Shown: piece by piece, positions 50,703-54,596 of the stretch
How the letters are laid out: each line of letters starts with the position of its first letter
How positions within the stretch are numbered: the first letter of the stretch is position 1
From: Nitrospirae bacterium MYbin3
Lineage (GTDB): Bacteria > Nitrospirota > Thermodesulfovibrionia > Thermodesulfovibrionales > Dissulfurispiraceae
Direction of reading: 5' to 3'
NCBI GenBank assembly: GCA_002753335.1
Contig: PEAD01000021.1
Span: 1 to 54,596 of the forward strand
DNA length: 54,596 nucleotides
Position numbers and translations under genes: made by a program
The notes under the pieces: model-generated
Told to the model about the DNA's origin: nothing
The model's input: the letters and a program-made list of their open reading frames with translations, nothing else
The model's database searches: none

Positions 50703-52154
50703 TTAAGCTCCAAACTGGGCTTTATGTTTCTTTTCTATCGTGCGCGTTACGAAGGTGAGCGCTGAAGCGACAACAAGCAGCGCGGCAGCAGCCAGATAGG
50801 CATCGTTGTAACTGCCAGAGCCGGTGGCTTTTTTCGCAGACTCGAACATTTTTCCTGCAAAGAGCGGAAATATGAACCCGCCCACGCCCCATGCGGTGAA
50901 CACCAAACCGTAATTTATGCCGAAATTTTTCAGCCCAAAGTTATCCTTTACCGAAGAAGGAAACACCGAGAGGCATGCCCCGTAATTGAAGCCCAGAAGC
51001 ATCGAAGCGATGATAAATGCTGTCATATTACCAAGGCCTGTTCTGAGTACCATCATCAGGACCGCCTGAAATAGGAAAATTATGAACATTGTCCAGAGGC
51101 GGCCGATCTTGTCCGAAAGCATTCCGGCGATTATGCGGCCTGCGGCGTTCCCTATAGCGAGCATAGCCACAAGTATAAATCCGGCATCTATATTCCCAAG
51201 CTTCGCAATTGTGGTGATGTTTCCTATGATCATGAGGCCCGCGCCTGCAGCAAATGCAAACATGGTCCATAATAGATAAAAGAGCGGCGTGCGCATGATT
51301 TCTGTCGGCCCTAGGTTTATAGCAGCCACTGGAGCTGTTTGAACAATGCCGGTGTTTGCATCAGGCGGCTGATAGCCCGGCGGCGGTGCGGACAGGAACT
51401 GCGCCAGGACCGTAACAACGATAAGGAAGCCGATTCCGAAGAAAAGCATAGTTCTGTGGATATTGCGTTCCTTAAGAGCAAGCAGCTGGGCTGCTGCGTC
51501 ATTGAGGGCTGTTTCTTTTAAGGCCATTTCAGCCGCACTATGCGTGATTTCTACGCTGGCGATCTCGCCAAATTCTGCCTGCGAGATAGTCAGCACCTCT
51601 TTTGACTTTGCAAATTCCGAATCAGCAAAAGCCTTGGCACGCGCCAGCTCCTCAACCTCAGGAAGCGGCTTGCCCGAGAGGCTGAATCCGGTCAGGTGAT
51701 TCGCAATAGGAGAGATGTAAACAGAAGCGAGGCCGAAGCCGGCAACCACTAGGCCTGCGATGAGGCCGGTCTTCTTTGCAGAAAACCATTTGACTGCAGG
51801 AGGTGTGGCTGAAGCATAGCCGAGACCTATACCGGCACCGGCAAAAATGCCGAAGCCGATAACGAACCATGTAACGGTAACGGCAAACGATGCGATGATG
51901 CAGCCTATACCGGTGAGAATTCCTCCGGCGGTGGCGACCCAGCGAGGGCCGATCCTGTCCTGAAGACGTCCTGCCGGCACCATCACGAAAGCAAAAACGA
52001 TGCATGCTATAGAATAGGGAAGGGCTTTGTCGGAGTCGGACCATCCCCACTCTGCGGGGATAGCTTTTTTGATCACACTCCATGTATAAAGCACCCCTAG
52101 CGCGAGGTTAATTCCCATGCCAACGCATGTTACGAGCCATCCCTTATTCTTCAC
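50703..52154 (-). CDS. MFS transporter, oxalate:formate antiporter (OFA) family-like
   Basis: G.LY.WSV, GRLQDRIGPR, KWF...GL..G, NAAGRI..G.LSDKIGR, FG.KNFG.NYG.VFTAWG. GTG start with GGGAG SD. Confidence 0.9.
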   Translation of the reverse strand: MKNKGWLVTCVGMGINLALGVLYTWSVIKKAIPAEWGWSDSDKALPYSIACIVFAFVMVPAGRLQDRIGPRWVATAGGILTGIGCIIASFAVTVTWFVIGFGIFAGAGIGLGYASATPPAVKWFSAKKTGLIAGLVVAGFGLASVYISPIANHLTGFSLSGKPLPEVEELARAKAFADSEFAKSKEVLTISQAEFGEIASVEITHSAAEMALKETALNDAAAQLLALKERNIHRTMLFFGIGFLIVVTVLAQFLSAPPPGYQPPDANTGIVQTAPVAAINLGPTEIMRTPLFYLLWTMFAFAAGAGLMIIGNITTIAKLGNIDAGFILVAMLAIGNAAGRIIAGMLSDKIGRLWTMFIIFLFQAVLMMVLRTGLGNMTAFIIASMLLGFNYGACLSVFPSSVKDNFGLKNFGINYGLVFTAWGVGGFIFPLFAGKMFESAKKATGSGSYNDAYLAAAALLVVASALTFVTRTIEKKHKAQFGA

Positions 52155-52386
52155 TTTGTTCTCCCTTTACGATTTATTTGGTGGCCCTGCCAATGATTTC
52201 CGAACCTAAAAACAAGCATTTCAGATGGCCACAATTAATTTGGACAATCTTAATCATATAAAATTAATGTGACAGTAATAAAGTGTTAAAATCAACACTG
52301 CTGTTTTTTTGTCAGCCTCCGGTGAAAGGCAACGCTTATTTTACAAGTAACAGCTTGAATCTTAAATCTTCTATCCTGTATCCTTA

Positions 52387-53439
52387 ATGACTATGCTTCT
52401 GAAGATTTTGCTCTCTTTTTTCCTGCTTCTGCCTATCACTATCGGTTTCAGCATCGACGGATATTCGGCGCCCTTATCGTCCGAAACCTCTCCAACCGCC
52501 AATATCAGGATAGGGAAGCACAAGAACTATCTGCGTATAGTTTTTGAGACATCAGAAAACTATGCAGAAAAAGCATCTGTGGTTATAAGCGGCAAAAACG
52601 ATATCAAGGTTGATTTTCCTCTTGTCATAACACTCAAGCATACAGCCTCCAAAGAGATTATATCATCAAAAAAGAGTGTTGACTTAAACGAAATGGTGCG
52701 TATCTCTGCAAAAGAAACCAGCTGGATACTTACTGTAAAGAACCTTGACGACATTCGGGTTTCGAAGCTTGCAGGGCCATCAAGGCTGATAGTAGATGCA
52801 TTTTACACCGAGGCACCTCAGGACAATCGGACCGACAAGGCAGTACAAGCCCAAAAAGTTGAGGCTATGCCTTCATTTTTCGAAACGGTGGTGATCGATC
52901 CGGGCCATGGCGGCACAGATGCCGGCATACGTTCGGGCGAGTATGTTGAAAAAGAGAGCGCACTGACGCTATCAAAAGAAATATCGTCAGTGCTTGCAAA
53001 GGCCGGCAAAAAGGCCTTTCTTACCCGCAAGGGGGATCAGGCGCTTAATCTCAGAAGCCGGATAAAGATCGCAAGAAAATTGAGCCCCGAGGTTTTTATA
53101 AGTGTGCATATGACAGGCAAAAACGGTTTTGCGGTTTACACCGCGCCCCGTAGTGATGCGTCCAAACAGGAGAGGGAGAGCTCTCTTTCAAGAACTATCG
53201 CAGATAAGCTTGCCGAAGAATTCAAAACTGAAGTGCGGCAGGAAAAGATTCCGCTTTCATTGCTGACGATGGTTTCGGCCACATCTATTCTTATAGAATT
53301 CCCCGACCCCAAAGAGTTCAAGTATGACCGGAACTCAAAGAAAAGGCTTGCCGAAATAATTGCGGCTGCGCTTGTTGCATCATACCCGGCCCCTCATCAA
53401 TCTGCTGAAGCCGAAAAATCTCAGGGTGCGGCCAGATGA
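52387..53439 (+). CDS. N-acetylmuramoyl-L-alanine amidase (AMIN-like + Amidase_3)
   Basis: Signal peptide, RIVFE/PSRLIVD AMIN-like region, VIDPGHGG.D.G, EKE, LTR..D, SVH, ILIE. Start may be ATG 52393. Confidence 0.88.
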   Translation: MTMLLKILLSFFLLLPITIGFSIDGYSAPLSSETSPTANIRIGKHKNYLRIVFETSENYAEKASVVISGKNDIKVDFPLVITLKHTASKEIISSKKSVDLNEMVRISAKETSWILTVKNLDDIRVSKLAGPSRLIVDAFYTEAPQDNRTDKAVQAQKVEAMPSFFETVVIDPGHGGTDAGIRSGEYVEKESALTLSKEISSVLAKAGKKAFLTRKGDQALNLRSRIKIARKLSPEVFISVHMTGKNGFAVYTAPRSDASKQERESSLSRTIADKLAEEFKTEVRQEKIPLSLLTMVSATSILIEFPDPKEFKYDRNSKKRLAEIIAAALVASYPAPHQSAEAEKSQGAAR

Positions 53440-54035
53440 ACTCAAAATGGTTCATAGCTGCGATAATTGCGGTGCTTGCTGTTGCTTCGATATTCGGCTG
53501 GTATATGGCAAAGAATATTCTTAACAAACCGGAGGGCGCAGGCGATTCTCTGGTGGTGCAATCGGATGGCATGCCCAAGATGCCCGATTTTTCTTCGGGC
53601 AGGGCCGGAGACGGTTCCCCGGTTAAGCTGTATATACCCAACGACAACGGCACGGTGGTTGAAGAAATAAGAGCACAGAAAGATGCGCTGCCTGTCAAGA
53701 CAGCCGAGACGATTATTGCAGAGTATTTGAAGCGCAGCGCTCCGAAAGACACAAAACTGCTCGGAGTTTATAAAGACAGGTCGAATATTCTTTATATCGA
53801 TTTTTCTATAGAACTCATAAAGAACAGACAGCTTGATGCGAAACAGGAGTTTGTCCTGCTCAAGTCGATCTTTCAAACTGTTGTTTCTAATGTTCAGGGC
53901 ATAGAGGATATAAAAATACTTATCGAGGGAAAAGAGGAAGAGAGCCTGGGCGGCCACATCTTAAGTCTTTATCCCATAAAGTCGTATGTTTTTTCGGATG
54001 CGCAAAAAACAGCCGAAAAGAAGCAGCCCAATTGA
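53436..54035 (+). CDS. GerMN-domain membrane protein
   Basis: N-terminal TM segment, P.DTKLLGV, YIDFS, I..T......I..I.ILIEGK..ESL.GH. Typical amidase-GerMN-murI context. Confidence 0.85.
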   Translation: MNSKWFIAAIIAVLAVASIFGWYMAKNILNKPEGAGDSLVVQSDGMPKMPDFSSGRAGDGSPVKLYIPNDNGTVVEEIRAQKDALPVKTAETIIAEYLKRSAPKDTKLLGVYKDRSNILYIDFSIELIKNRQLDAKQEFVLLKSIFQTVVSNVQGIEDIKILIEGKEEESLGGHILSLYPIKSYVFSDAQKTAEKKQPN

Positions 54036-54080
54036 AACCGCTATTCTGTTAGCGTGTGAATTTGACTTCGCATCGAAATA

Positions 54081-54596
54081 ATGGAAATGAACGATAGACC
54101 CATAGGCATTTTTGATTCAGGCATAGGCGGGCTGACTGTGCTCAGCCAGATTAATCAAATTCTGCCTGCCGAGCACACCATATATTTGGGAGATACCGCC
54201 CGGGTGCCTTACGGCATAAGGTCGGCAGAGACGGTGACGAGATATTCGTTCGAATGCGCATCGTTTTTGATGCAGCAAAATATAAAGATGCTGGTTGTTG
54301 CCTGCAATACGGTGTCTGCCATAAGCCTGCCCCTGATTCCTGAACGAGTGAATGTTCCTGTTATAGGAGTTATCGAACCCGGAGCAAGGGCTGCCGCTGC
54401 CGCTACACGCAATAACAAGGTGGGTGTAATCGGCACAGAGGCTACCGTAAAAAGTGGATCGTATGAGAGGGCCATTAAAAATATCAAAGACAATATCGAT
54501 GTCTATAGTCTGGCCTGTCCGCTCTTTGTTCCGCTTGTAGAGGAGGGATGGACGGATGGTGAAATCGCCCGTCTTGTGATCAAAAAATATCTGTCA
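54081..54596 (+). CDS. murI: Glutamate racemase (3'-truncated by window edge)
   Basis: Hand translation: (ME)MNDRPIGIFDSGIGGLTV...YLGDTARVPYG...VVACNTVS...GVIEPG...IGTEATV. Absent from the ORF track because it has no stop in the window. Start may be 54087. Confidence 0.96.
   Translation, partial: MEMNDRPIGIFDSGIGGLTVLSQINQILPAEHTIYLGDTARVPYGIRSAETVTRYSFECASFLMQQNIKMLVVACNTVSAISLPLIPERVNVPVIGVIEPGARAAAAATRNNKVGVIGTEATVKSGSYERAIKNIKDNIDVYSLACPLFVPLVEEGWTDGEIARLVIKKYLS

Overview
A 54.6-kb chromosomal segment of a bacterium. Gene content and protein style suggest Nitrospirota (Thermodesulfovibrionia-like), which is an inference. The housekeeping backbone is 3' rpoB, rpoC, aroC, an Slt-type transglycosylase, tsaD, system II cytochrome c maturation (resB-ccsB), uvrC, acyP, a Dus, murB, tyrS, argC-argJ, rplM-rpsI, tRNA-Ala(CGC), class II fba, and amidase-GerMN-murI (murI runs off the 3' end). 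It is interleaved with about 14 signal-transduction genes. I saw no integrase, transposase, CRISPR array or defence system. The best candidate for something undescribed is a perfect (ACAG)22 tract at the 5' end of a Cache-PAS-PAS-HisKA_2 sensor kinase; its three reading frames predict three distinct translational outcomes (a candidate phase-variable kinase). Other notable items: (1) a heme-c (CxxCH) sensor with no transmitter domain heading a four-gene signalling operon, behind a sigma54-like/IHF/enhancer-like promoter; (2) a His-less pseudokinase; (3) a head-to-head junction of a seemingly truncated kinase with an internally deleted DUF1640-like remnant next to the tRNA; (4) an OFA-type transporter with a ~70-aa inserted loop; (5) short duplication-like inserts in RpoB and RpoC; (6) several apparently leaderless genes and 18-bp-spacer promoters. 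All domain calls come from motif recognition by eye, not database searches.
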